Translations under genes and position numbers: made by a program | Assembly: GCA_965214095.1 (NCBI GenBank) | Contig: OZ243938.1 | Location: 4,512,001-4,576,000 of the forward strand | DNA from: Candidatus Poribacteria bacterium | GTDB taxonomy: Bacteria; Poribacteria; WGA-4E; WGA-3G | DNA: 64,000 nucleotides | Direction of reading: 5' to 3' | The notes under the pieces: generated by a model | What the model was told of the DNA's origin: nothing | What the model saw: the letters and a program-made list of their open reading frames with translations, nothing else | Database searches by the model: none | Shown: positions 30,364 through 40,363 of the stretch, piece after piece | How the letters are laid out: each line of letters opens with the position of its first letter | Numbering within the stretch: the stretch's first letter is position 1

Positions 30364-32967
30364 TTATTTGGAACCACCTTCTGTCTTCATAAACTGAATA
30401 CTTGCGTGGATCACTGAGTCAGATGCACCAAACGTCAACTGGTAAATCGGTTTTTCCCAACGATACTTATACTCACTTCCATACGCTGACACACCTGTTG
30501 GGATATAGTTTTCAGGGACATGTACAAATACCGAACCTTCAACTTCACGAGGCGGTTGACAGATGACAAGGTAACTTTGACTATGTTCGTCCCACCCAGC
30601 AGATATAATTTCAACACTGCCTTGTGTATAATGCATATCCGTTGAAAGGAATTGCGGTGTTTCTTGTTGTTCTCTCAAACACAATAATTTCGCAGAACGT
30701 GGTCCCATATTCAAGAGCGTTACATTTCTGGATACAATACCCAAATAATCACTCATCCAAAAGTCGTGTACAAGGTAATCTTTTTCTGGATTAAGACCTA
30801 TCTCATCTAAATCTAATTGTAAATCATCCTGTTGGTCTTTCCAATTAAAGATTCCTATGAGTTCCCATGATTCCCTCTGTGTTTCAATTGGTAGATGCAA
30901 AACACGTGGTAGTACCTCATCATAAACGTCAACTGATTGTGCTGCTTGTCCAATGAGCGGAAAAATCTTTGCTGTTAATTCAGCACGGTGTTTTGAAATT
31001 TGATTCGGAGTGTTCCCGATTTGTACTGATGCACCACTCAATGCAGCAGCGGTCAACTCAACTATTGTCTCATTCACAGGACGAGGTTCACCAACAACTA
31101 ACTCTCCAAAAACATGTTTCCATAAAACACCGTATTCGCCTAAATAGCCTGCATATCGACAGAGTCTATGCTTTGTCCCTTTCTGCTGATGCCAATTATC
31201 ACTGTGATCTATGGATTTCTGTCGCAATTGTGGGTAATTCAGTGGAAAACTCCCAATACATACACCATCAATTAAATTATACCCTGCAAGTTTAACATCG
31301 TTCTTTGTTGAATCAACGGCTTCTTTCAGAATAGTTAACGCGTACCTATATAATTCCGTAGAGGAAAGAGATTTGTCATACCATGTTGCATTTGAAGCAA
31401 CCGTCATCATACCACTTGTATAACTTGATAAATCCATCTTTATCATATCATATCCCCATTCATTTGCTATCTTCTTAATGACACTTCGGATGTGTCTTTG
31501 AACTTTAGGATGTGAAACATCTAAGATGGCGACAGCACTTTCTCTATCAGGTAGGTGAACTTCAATAGGTTCATTTGGTTTGATATGTGCAGGTTTCTTA
31601 ACATTAGTTTGTGAACGTCCAGAAGATTTGTACCGTAAACAAGTATCAGGATTCCTCTTAATAAAATCAGAATTAGATTCAATAGCAAACGGGTCAATAC
31701 ATATTCCTGCTTTAAAACCACTTTTGTGAATCATGTCAACTATAGGCACCATTCCTTCTGGAAAACTATCACGGTTCAGAGACAAGTTGCCTGGATGCGG
31801 TTGCCAACCTGATTCTAAATGAATGTAATCTATGCCACCAATGAGAGTAGGATTAAATAACGGACTTTTGGAGATTGATTCTACTTCTTTCTTGATCGCT
31901 TTTGCATTCACTTTTCCTTGCATGTTGTCATCCGCAAAACACCATCCAACATCAGATTTGTTAGTTATAGTATAAGGTGCTTTGTCGTCAATGTCCGCGT
32001 TCTGTTTTGTTGATGAATTTCCTTCAGCCGCATGTCGTTCTGTATATCGAATGTAGGATGACTTGGCATCATCTGTAAAATCTATGTATCCTATTTCTGA
32101 TGAAACCACTTTACCTGATGGACATTCTGTATCTTCACAATCGTTATAGAGTGCCCATGTTGTCAGCCCTTGTGGAGTTTTACGTTTTGATTTTTCATAG
32201 CCGATTTGCATACGAGGCCACCACTTATCGGCCGTGATGAACCCAAATACGAGTGATTTTTTGCTAACTGTGTCGTGAAGTATACCATCCTGACAAGGTG
32301 GGACAGTGTTATCACGATTAAAGTGAAATCCATCGTAGATCTTATGACGTGCAGTTGCACTGGGAGAAATCGGGGGTATCCTTAAGAACAGATGATATTG
32401 AGACGGATGACTATCTAATTGGATTGCACCATTCTGTGCTGAAATATCAATCAGCGTGATATTTGTCAAACAAATCGGTGCGTTGTTTCCGTTTTCTACC
32501 TCAACTTTTAACAGAACATAAGGTTGAGTGACATAACAAGTAAAGTAGGTATGAATACGGATACCAGATGCACTGGAAACTTCGTCTGAATCAGTTGAAG
32601 AGGTTTTAGATGTATCCGATTTGGAAGGATTCTCTATTTCGTCAGAATCAGCGTGAGTGGATTTGGAATTCTTAGATAATTCTTGATCTGATATGTTTTC
32701 GTAGATAAAATGAAATGTTTGGTAAGTCCCATAGGCATCAGTGTTTACAGGTTCAGTACGGAATTCTCGTAACCCTGGATTAAGTGTTTTCAAAGTGGTT
32801 CCATCTGCAAGACTTATATGTGTGAACCCATTCTTGATGATCGACTTGCCATTATTATCACTAAAATTCCATGTTCCTTTTGTTAGATTATATTCAATTT
32901 GATATTCTTGATGGTTAATTACAACGAGTTTCCCATGACGAGAAATGGATAGGTCCTCAAGTTTCAT
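30364..32967 (-). CDS. GH36/alpha-galactosidase-like protein, possibly catalytically divergent
   Basis: FPEGM..IVD.IH..GFKAGI, LDVSHP.V, WGYDMIKMD, C-terminal GIFNW..YLVHDFW. The usual DDGW motif reads ESGW. Confidence 0.7.
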   Translation of the reverse strand: MKLEDLSISRHGKLVVINHQEYQIEYNLTKGTWNFSDNNGKSIIKNGFTHISLADGTTLKTLNPGLREFRTEPVNTDAYGTYQTFHFIYENISDQELSKNSKSTHADSDEIENPSKSDTSKTSSTDSDEVSSASGIRIHTYFTCYVTQPYVLLKVEVENGNNAPICLTNITLIDISAQNGAIQLDSHPSQYHLFLRIPPISPSATARHKIYDGFHFNRDNTVPPCQDGILHDTVSKKSLVFGFITADKWWPRMQIGYEKSKRKTPQGLTTWALYNDCEDTECPSGKVVSSEIGYIDFTDDAKSSYIRYTERHAAEGNSSTKQNADIDDKAPYTITNKSDVGWCFADDNMQGKVNAKAIKKEVESISKSPLFNPTLIGGIDYIHLESGWQPHPGNLSLNRDSFPEGMVPIVDMIHKSGFKAGICIDPFAIESNSDFIKRNPDTCLRYKSSGRSQTNVKKPAHIKPNEPIEVHLPDRESAVAILDVSHPKVQRHIRSVIKKIANEWGYDMIKMDLSSYTSGMMTVASNATWYDKSLSSTELYRYALTILKEAVDSTKNDVKLAGYNLIDGVCIGSFPLNYPQLRQKSIDHSDNWHQQKGTKHRLCRYAGYLGEYGVLWKHVFGELVVGEPRPVNETIVELTAAALSGASVQIGNTPNQISKHRAELTAKIFPLIGQAAQSVDVYDEVLPRVLHLPIETQRESWELIGIFNWKDQQDDLQLDLDEIGLNPEKDYLVHDFWMSDYLGIVSRNVTLLNMGPRSAKLLCLREQQETPQFLSTDMHYTQGSVEIISAGWDEHSQSYLVICQPPREVEGSVFVHVPENYIPTGVSAYGSEYKYRWEKPIYQLTFGASDSVIHASIQFMKTEGGSK

Positions 32968-33020
32968 GCACGTTTTCCTTTTTAAACAAGACCTTTATGT
33001 TTTTTAATTAGAGGAATACA

Positions 33021-33587
33021 TCAATTATGTTCAATTCGGTAAAAACTTAAACATGTATCACCATACTGCTTGTTTCTATAACAGCATAGTCTATTATAAA
33101 CAGCTGGTAGTTCTCTCTGTTTACGATGTTCGACGAGAAGTATTCCAGTATCCTCAAGCACTTTTGTGTCAGAAATATAGGAGAGGCACTGATTGTATAG
33201 ATCAGAATCGTATGGAGGATCAAAGTATATAAGTGCAAATGACTTGGATTGTTGATGAAACTGATTAATTCCGTGTATTGCATCTGATTGAATCAGCTGG
33301 ACATCAGAATGGTTGTTATTCAATCCTATCGCTTCTAAGTTCTGTTCTATCAATTGAACACATTTGAGGTTTTTGTCCAAAAATGTGACGTGTTTAGCAC
33401 CACGACTAAGTGCCTCTATCCCAATGTTCCCTGTTCCTGCACACAGATCTAAAAATTCTGCCTCAATTACATGTCTCTGTATTATACTGAAGATGGACTC
33501 TTTGACTCTATCACTTGTTGGTCGCACATTAGTGCCTTTTGGGGCAGCAAGACATCTTCCTTTATATCTCCCCGCAATTACACGCAT
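33021..33587 (-). CDS. rsmD: 16S rRNA m2G966 methyltransferase
   Basis: MRVIAG, RPTSDRVKESIF, LDLCAGTG..GIEALSRGA, DPPY, YGDT. Confidence 0.95.
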   Translation of the reverse strand: MRVIAGRYKGRCLAAPKGTNVRPTSDRVKESIFSIIQRHVIEAEFLDLCAGTGNIGIEALSRGAKHVTFLDKNLKCVQLIEQNLEAIGLNNNHSDVQLIQSDAIHGINQFHQQSKSFALIYFDPPYDSDLYNQCLSYISDTKVLEDTGILLVEHRKQRELPAVYNRLCCYRNKQYGDTCLSFYRIEHN

Positions 33588-33685
33588 TTATCACACCTTT
33601 GCAGGAATACATACTTGATATGGTATTATGTAAGATAGATGCATTTTGTCAAATGTTTCACCTAAATGTATCCGTAGTCGGAGGA

Positions 33686-34993
33686 TTATATAAACAATTC
33701 CTCAACTACACTACCATCATCAACGACACGAATTGGTCGTCCAGAACGAGACATATTCTCTTCCTGATAATCAATCCCAAGTGCAAAGCACATGGACGCA
33801 AACAAGTCAGGCACAGCAACCGGTGCAGAGACAACTTTGGATCCATCACCGTTCGTGCTGCCAACAACTTGTCCACCACGAACACCACCGCCTGCGATGA
33901 CTGCAGACCATCCATTCGGATGGTGATCGCGTCCATCATTCATATTAATTTTTGGTGTGCGACCAAATTCACCAAGCCAAAGCACAATTGTTTCATCAAG
34001 AAGATCACGTTCACTTAAGTCTTTGATAAGCATAGCATAGGCCGGGTCAACAACATCAAGAAGTTCTTTTGTTCTTTCAAAGTTATTTTCATGCGTGTCC
34101 CAACCATCAAGCGTGATTTCTACAAACTTCACACCAGACTCAATCAATCTGCGTGCCATCAAACAACCTTGACCAAACCTAGTTTTTCCGTAAGCTTGTC
34201 GGACTTCTTCCGGTTCCTCATCAAGTTCAAATGCCTTGATTTTTGGGGAGTTAATCAATTCATCCGCTTTCTTGTATATGGCTTCATGTGTCTCTGTACC
34301 AATCCCAGAACGTTTGCTGATGAAATCTTTTTCCAGATTCTTTAGCATTTTGAGGCGTTCACGAAAACGGTGTGTATCCATCTGTTTCGGATACTTAATA
34401 TCTTCAACTTCTTCCATTGGGTTATTTACCACAAAAGGATCGTGTGTTGCCCCCAAAAATCCACCAGAATATGTCGGAGAACTAATATTAACACAAGCAG
34501 GGAGTTTAGACTCATCGTCATCAAGATAGTAAGAAGTCAATGACCCCAATGTAGGATGGCGTACAGCACCACCAGGGGCATAGCCTGTATGCAACAAATA
34601 CCGCGCACGTTCATGGTTACCTTCACGGGATACCATCGACCGAATAATGGAGAGGTGATGTGCCTGTTCAGCAACATTCGGTAAATGTTCTGATATTTCT
34701 ATACCCTTAACACTTGTAGGAATCGCCTTGAAAGGTCCGCTATTTTTCTCCGAAGGATCTTTTGGATCAAAAGTATCTAATTGACTTGGTCCGCCGCTCA
34801 TAAACATCACGATACACTGTTTAGCACGAGGTATCACCGTTTCTAATTGTGCGTTAGCGGTAGTTCCAAAATGCTGCATCGCAACAAGTCCCAGAAAACT
34901 ACTAACGCCATATTTGAAGAAACTACGACGGGAAATTTCATTATGCCATATTTCAGGTGTGTCGTATTCAGGTACCCAAATTCCTGTTCTCAT
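33686..34993 (-). CDS. DUF1501 family protein with twin-arginine motif
   Basis: SRRSFF; MSGGPSQLDTFDPK; FGQGCLMARRL; GWDTH; GEFGRTP; GRDH. Confidence 0.92.
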   Translation of the reverse strand: MRTGIWVPEYDTPEIWHNEISRRSFFKYGVSSFLGLVAMQHFGTTANAQLETVIPRAKQCIVMFMSGGPSQLDTFDPKDPSEKNSGPFKAIPTSVKGIEISEHLPNVAEQAHHLSIIRSMVSREGNHERARYLLHTGYAPGGAVRHPTLGSLTSYYLDDDESKLPACVNISSPTYSGGFLGATHDPFVVNNPMEEVEDIKYPKQMDTHRFRERLKMLKNLEKDFISKRSGIGTETHEAIYKKADELINSPKIKAFELDEEPEEVRQAYGKTRFGQGCLMARRLIESGVKFVEITLDGWDTHENNFERTKELLDVVDPAYAMLIKDLSERDLLDETIVLWLGEFGRTPKINMNDGRDHHPNGWSAVIAGGGVRGGQVVGSTNGDGSKVVSAPVAVPDLFASMCFALGIDYQEENMSRSGRPIRVVDDGSVVEELFI

Positions 34994-35551
34994 TCTCCTA
35001 TTTACAGCATATCTTAGGCAAGCAATTTCACCTACGAATGCATCTCCTTTATTTTGTTACCCGCAACCAACGTCATCTGCAACACACCTGCGGGAAAGAT
35101 GTCAAATCTGACGCAGTTAAGCACATTAACTTTACAATTAGCAATATGTCATTACTTTTTACGAACTAACAATTCCATTGGTAAAGAATACATATATAAT
35201 ACCATAATAATTTTACGTAATCAAGTAAAAAGTTTGATAGTCTTGTGCAAGTTATTTCAGCATAGAACAGGATTACATATTAGTACCATATCTAAGAAAG
35301 AACATATCATTAGGGAAACAGCTAATTTGTAGCCGCGCAATTCATTGTGCATCTTACATTTCTTGCTCTAGAGTCAACCAACTATTCTCAAATGAAACCC
35401 ATTTTTTGAAATTGTGTTTTATTTTGCATACGACAATCAAGTAGAATGGAAACAACGTCTCTTGATTAACTCATCATTCCATTAAAATCGTTGTTGATAA
35501 TTATGCTCTCCTATGCTAATATACAAGAAAAGTATCAAAGGAGTTATAAGT

Positions 35552-36421
35552 ATGTTTAAAATTGGTGTTATAGGTGATGAGGTATCTCAAGAATTTTCTA
35601 CCGTGGTCAATTTTGTCCAAGATCATGAACTAGATTCAATTGAAATTCGTTCAGTATGGGATAAATTACCACATCAGCTTACAGACAAAGACATAGACGA
35701 CATGAAACGTCTACTTGATGGCACAGATATAGAAATCATCGGTGTCGCATCTCCATTCTTCAAATGTGATATGGACAACGCAGAAGAACGTAAGGAACAT
35801 CTTGACATTTTAAAAGGATGTATTCGCACAGCAAAGGCATTTGACACAAACCTTATTCGCACTTTCGTTTTTTGGGATACCGGTAAAACTGAAGAACGTT
35901 GGGATGAAATTATCTCGGCTTATGATGAACTGCGTAGAATAATCGATGGTGAAGGTATTACATTAGGTATGGAAAACGAATCCACTACCTCGCTTAGTAC
36001 TGCTAAACTTACAGCACGTTTCATTGAAGAAATCGATTCACCAAACGTACGTGGAATCTGGGACCCAGCGAATGAAGCTCACGCAAAGGAAGGTATAACA
36101 CCATATCCTGATGCATATAATCAGATGAAACCCACTATGATACATGCACACTTAAAAGATGCTGCACCAAATCCTGATAGTGGTGAAATGGAATCTGTTC
36201 CTGTCGGAGATGGTATTATAGATTGGCAGGGACAACTTCAAGCGTTTGTTGACGAGGGATATGAAGGACATCTTTGTCTTGAAACACATTGGAGACCTAC
36301 ACTCAAAATTGACGATGACCTGTTAAATAGACCTGGTGGAAAAGCCTTCTCTGAAGCCGGTGAGGAAGCCTCCCGTATTTGCACTGAAAACCTAAAGGGC
36401 ATGATCAATAAGCTAAAATAG
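35552..36421 (+). CDS. Sugar phosphate isomerase/epimerase (AP endonuclease 2 TIM barrel)
   Basis: GMENE, WDPAN, HAHLKD, VGDG.IDW, LETH; RBS AGGAG before ATG 35552. Confidence 0.9.
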   Translation: MFKIGVIGDEVSQEFSTVVNFVQDHELDSIEIRSVWDKLPHQLTDKDIDDMKRLLDGTDIEIIGVASPFFKCDMDNAEERKEHLDILKGCIRTAKAFDTNLIRTFVFWDTGKTEERWDEIISAYDELRRIIDGEGITLGMENESTTSLSTAKLTARFIEEIDSPNVRGIWDPANEAHAKEGITPYPDAYNQMKPTMIHAHLKDAAPNPDSGEMESVPVGDGIIDWQGQLQAFVDEGYEGHLCLETHWRPTLKIDDDLLNRPGGKAFSEAGEEASRICTENLKGMINKLK

Positions 36422-36436
36422 CCATTTTAAAACCAT

Positions 36437-36482
36437 AGTATTGCATGTCGGTTGTAGAAAACAACATCTGATGTGCAATACT
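36437..36482. terminator. Intercistronic stem-loop (terminator or mRNA-stability element)
   Basis: AGTATTGCA...TGCAATACT outer stem with an imperfect inner stem; no clear U-tract. Confidence 0.45.
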
Positions 36483-36511
36483 GACATAAGTCTACACTAA
36501 AGAAAGTCTAA

Positions 36512-37597
36512 ATGAAAATTAAATCTGTTCGCACTTCACTATATGACATTCCACCACAAGTTCAACGCACCGATGCTATACAAGCTTTCGTTTCAATGGA
36601 ATTCCCATTCATTGAGATAGAAGATGTTGACGGTGTCATCGGCACAGGTTTTTCATACACAATCGGTAAAGGCGGAGAAGCAATAAAACAGATTATAGAT
36701 GCATACCTCACACCAATCCTTCTTGAAGAAGATGCCTCAAATATTGACCGGATTTGGAATCGGATGTGGATGGAAACACATTGGGTCGGTAGAGGCGGAA
36801 TAGTCGGATTAGGAATGGCTGCTGTTGATATAGCACTCTGGGACCTTATGGCAAAACGTGCAGAATTACCACTTTATCAACTCCTCGGTGGGGCACGTGC
36901 TTCTGTTCCTGTCTACAATACAGATGGAGGCTGGCTACATCTCACAGAGGATGAACTTGTCAAGCAATCCGTAGAATATGTTGCACAAGGTTATAAAGGT
37001 ATAAAGATCAAAGTCGGTCGTGACAGTTTGTACGAAGACATTAATCGCATTTTCGCTGTTAGAAAAGCAATCGGACAGGAACCTTATCTAATGATCGATG
37101 CAAATATGAAGTGGAATGCACGCGAAGCTATACAACTGGCATGTCGTGTTGAAGAAGCTGACATATTCTGGTTTGAAGAGCCAATAGAAGCAGATGATGT
37201 TGAAAGCCATGTGGAATTACGCGAGAAAACTACCATCCCAATCGCCATCGGTGAAACGATATACAACAAATATGTTTTCAAGGAATACATTGCACAAGGT
37301 GCAGCAGACATCTTACAACCCGATGCAGTCCGTGTTGGTGGTATATCAGAATGGATGAAAGTCGCGCACACTGCAGAATGTTTCGGTCTCTCCGTTTCTC
37401 CGCACTTTCTTATGGATTTACACGTACATCTCTCTGCTGCTGTGCCACATTCGTTGTTTGTGGAGTACATTCCATCACTTGACCCAGTACTACATGATAC
37501 ATTAACGTTGAAAGATGGACACTTTTCACCACCAGATCGTCCAGGACACGGAATAATGTTTGACAAACAGAAACTTTCTCTGTATAAAGTTTCTTAA
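36512..37597 (+). CDS. Mandelate racemase-subgroup enolase superfamily protein
   Basis: DIALWDL, YNTDGGW, IKIKVG, MIDAN, FEEP, IGET, SPH, PGHG. Confidence 0.92.
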   Translation: MKIKSVRTSLYDIPPQVQRTDAIQAFVSMEFPFIEIEDVDGVIGTGFSYTIGKGGEAIKQIIDAYLTPILLEEDASNIDRIWNRMWMETHWVGRGGIVGLGMAAVDIALWDLMAKRAELPLYQLLGGARASVPVYNTDGGWLHLTEDELVKQSVEYVAQGYKGIKIKVGRDSLYEDINRIFAVRKAIGQEPYLMIDANMKWNAREAIQLACRVEEADIFWFEEPIEADDVESHVELREKTTIPIAIGETIYNKYVFKEYIAQGAADILQPDAVRVGGISEWMKVAHTAECFGLSVSPHFLMDLHVHLSAAVPHSLFVEYIPSLDPVLHDTLTLKDGHFSPPDRPGHGIMFDKQKLSLYKVS

Positions 37598-37674
37598 ATT
37601 TGGTTTGTTGGATTGTACTTCTGATATTCATGAAATCAAAAAATAATAGAAACCTTTTGTATTGAGGTATTAAT

Positions 37675-38385
37675 TTGAAACTTGAAAACCGTATAGCAAT
37701 TGTCACAGGAGCAGGACGTGGCATTGGACGTGCCACTGCATTAGCATTTGCAAAGGAAGGTGCAGATATTGTTCTTGCCGCACGCACAGAATCAGAAATA
37801 AATTCAGTCGCATCAGAGATTGAAAATCTCGGTAGACGCGCACTTCCCATCAAGACAGATGTTCAAATGAAGACAGATGTTGAAACTTTAGTAGCAAAAA
37901 CAATCGGCAACTTCGGCAAGGTGGATATCCTTGTGAACAATGCTGGTGTAGCCATACATAATCCTATACAAAAGATACGTGAAGAAGATTGGGACTTGAC
38001 AATGGCAGTAAACCTAAAAGGGGTATTCCTTTGCACACAAGCAGTTTTCAGTTTTATGTGTGAACAGAAATACGGTCATATTGTCAACGTTTCATCGGTA
38101 TCAGGCAAGTATGGACATGTTAACGGTGGGTCTTATTGTGCCTCCAAATTTGCTGTCATTGGCTTCACTGAAACAACCAACAATGAAGGTAGACCGCACG
38201 GTGTCAAAGCTTCTGTTGTGTGTCCTGGTCCCGTTGATACGAAGATGCGTCGTGATAATCATCCTGATGATATACTTGAAAACCTTACACAACCAGAAGA
38301 TGTCGCTGATCTCATTCTATTCCTTGTTTCACAATCACCACAAGCACACACACTTGAAACAGTCATCAGAACACCTTTAATGTAA
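37675..38385 (+). CDS. Short-chain dehydrogenase/reductase (SDR)
   Basis: TGAGRGIG, NNAG, YCASK, CPGPVDT; TTG start with RBS GAGG. Confidence 0.95.
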   Translation: MKLENRIAIVTGAGRGIGRATALAFAKEGADIVLAARTESEINSVASEIENLGRRALPIKTDVQMKTDVETLVAKTIGNFGKVDILVNNAGVAIHNPIQKIREEDWDLTMAVNLKGVFLCTQAVFSFMCEQKYGHIVNVSSVSGKYGHVNGGSYCASKFAVIGFTETTNNEGRPHGVKASVVCPGPVDTKMRRDNHPDDILENLTQPEDVADLILFLVSQSPQAHTLETVIRTPLM

Positions 38386-38386
38386 T

Positions 38387-39157
38387 ATGTTCATAGATTC
38401 ACACGCTCATATACAAATAGATCAGTTCAATTCAGACCGAGATGCCGTACTACAACGCTCCTTAGATGCAGGTGTTTCACATATCTTGATAATTGGATTT
38501 GACTTAGAAACAAGCCAAGAAGCTGTTAAACTCGCGGAAAAATATGATAACCTATATGCAACTGTAGGAATGCATCCACACAGTGCAACGGATTTGACAT
38601 CCGCCATTCTATCAACATTCCGAGACCAATTAGTCCATCCGAAAGTAATCGCTCTCGGAGAAATAGGATTAGACTACTACCGTAATCTGTCTCCACATAA
38701 CATTCAAAAGGACGCATTTGAAAAACAGTTAGACCTTGCAGAAGAGATGGAAATGCCAATCATTATTCATAACCGCGATGCTTATACAGATATCCTACCA
38801 ATCTTGGAAAAACGTAGAACCAAGATTTCTGGCGTTTTGCACTGCTTTACGGGTGATGTTGAATTAATGCACAGAAGTATTGAAATAGGATTCCACATAG
38901 GCATAGGAGGAATAGTAACCTATCCAAATGCAAAAGATGTCCAAGATGTAGCACTTGAAGTTCCTATGGAAAGATTATTAATTGAAACGGATTGCCCTTG
39001 GCTAACGCCTCAATTCCGTCGTGGAAAACGGAACGAACCCTCGTATGTTCTATCAGTAGCAGAAAAGATCGCTGAATTACGTAACATTACCACCGAGGAA
39101 ATCGGCAGTATAACGACTAACAACTTCAACACACTGTTCGGAACTGCTCTGACATAA
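38387..39157 (+). CDS. tatD: TatD-family deoxyribonuclease
   Basis: DSHAH, GMHPH, GEIGLDYY, IHNR, LHCF, ETDCP, RNEP. Confidence 0.95.
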   Translation: MFIDSHAHIQIDQFNSDRDAVLQRSLDAGVSHILIIGFDLETSQEAVKLAEKYDNLYATVGMHPHSATDLTSAILSTFRDQLVHPKVIALGEIGLDYYRNLSPHNIQKDAFEKQLDLAEEMEMPIIIHNRDAYTDILPILEKRRTKISGVLHCFTGDVELMHRSIEIGFHIGIGGIVTYPNAKDVQDVALEVPMERLLIETDCPWLTPQFRRGKRNEPSYVLSVAEKIAELRNITTEEIGSITTNNFNTLFGTALT

Positions 39158-39170
39158 CAAACTATCAAAT

Positions 39171-40286
39171 ATGAAGCATCTGAATCTTCGCACGTATGCG
39201 ATGGTGATTGCACTCATCTCAATCTGGATCATCTTCACTCTCATTACAAATGGCACTTTCCTCACTACACGCAATCTCTCAATTCTATCACGACAAGCAA
39301 CAGTTACTGCTATTCTTGCAATAGGAATGGTATTAGTCATCATCTCAGCAAATATTGACCTTTCAGTCGGGTTCGGTTCAGGTCTACTTGGTGCTATCAC
39401 TGCAATATTACATGTTTGGTGGGAATTTCCAATAATCCTGACTCTCATTTTAGTAATTTTCATCGGCATACTAATCGGTGTATTGCATGGGTTTCTCATT
39501 GCATATCAACGAATCCCAGCATTTATTGTCACACTCGGTGGATTCCTGTTGTATCGTGGACTAATGTTGGCATTCACAAAAGGTGAAACTATTCTCCTTC
39601 CTGACAATTGGTTAAAGTCTATCGGAACCACCCACCTTCCGCCTACGATTGGATGGGGGATAATGCTCATCGGAATTGGTTTGAGCGTCTATGTGTTTTA
39701 TAGGCAACTCATTTCATCACAATTGCCTAAGACGTTCAAAGATCAGCTTCCAACGATGATGAAACTACTATCTACATTGGGATGTACTATAGTATTCGTC
39801 ATGGTAATGAATTCATACAAAGGAATTCCGCTTCCGGTATGTATTTTATTAGGTCTTGCATTCATATTTCATTTTATAGCAAACCGCACTCGGTTCGGTC
39901 GGTATGTTTATGCCATCGGAGGAAATGCTGAAGCTTCCTATTTGTCTGGATTAAACGTACGTCTTATAACTTTGCAAGTTTTTGCATTAATGGGGGCATT
40001 AATGGCAGTCGCTGGGGTTGTAATGACAACACGACTTGGGAGTGCAGGTCCAGGGGCAGGACGATTGCTTGAATTGGATGCAATCGCAGCATGTGTGATC
40101 GGCGGGGCAAGTTTGATGGGTGGACGCGGAACAATATTTGGGGCGATATTAGGTGCATTTGTCATGGCAAGCCTAAGTAATGGAATGAGTATGGCAAATA
40201 TGGGACCTGCATGGCAAGATATAATTAAAGGGATTGTCCTGGTAGCAGCTGTCGGATTTGACATGGCATCAAGAAAGAACAATTAA
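39171..40286 (+). CDS. Monosaccharide ABC transporter permease (XylH/GguB-like)
   Basis: IDLSVG, IPAFIVTLGG, RFGRYVYAIGGN, ELDAIAACVIGG. Confidence 0.92.
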   Translation: MKHLNLRTYAMVIALISIWIIFTLITNGTFLTTRNLSILSRQATVTAILAIGMVLVIISANIDLSVGFGSGLLGAITAILHVWWEFPIILTLILVIFIGILIGVLHGFLIAYQRIPAFIVTLGGFLLYRGLMLAFTKGETILLPDNWLKSIGTTHLPPTIGWGIMLIGIGLSVYVFYRQLISSQLPKTFKDQLPTMMKLLSTLGCTIVFVMVMNSYKGIPLPVCILLGLAFIFHFIANRTRFGRYVYAIGGNAEASYLSGLNVRLITLQVFALMGALMAVAGVVMTTRLGSAGPGAGRLLELDAIAACVIGGASLMGGRGTIFGAILGAFVMASLSNGMSMANMGPAWQDIIKGIVLVAAVGFDMASRKNN

Positions 40287-40363
40287 CTTCTAACGTCATT
40301 TTTTTAAACCAATTTCAAATTCTTCACCCTCTTTAAAGCCAAATTCTAATTGGGAATCTATCT

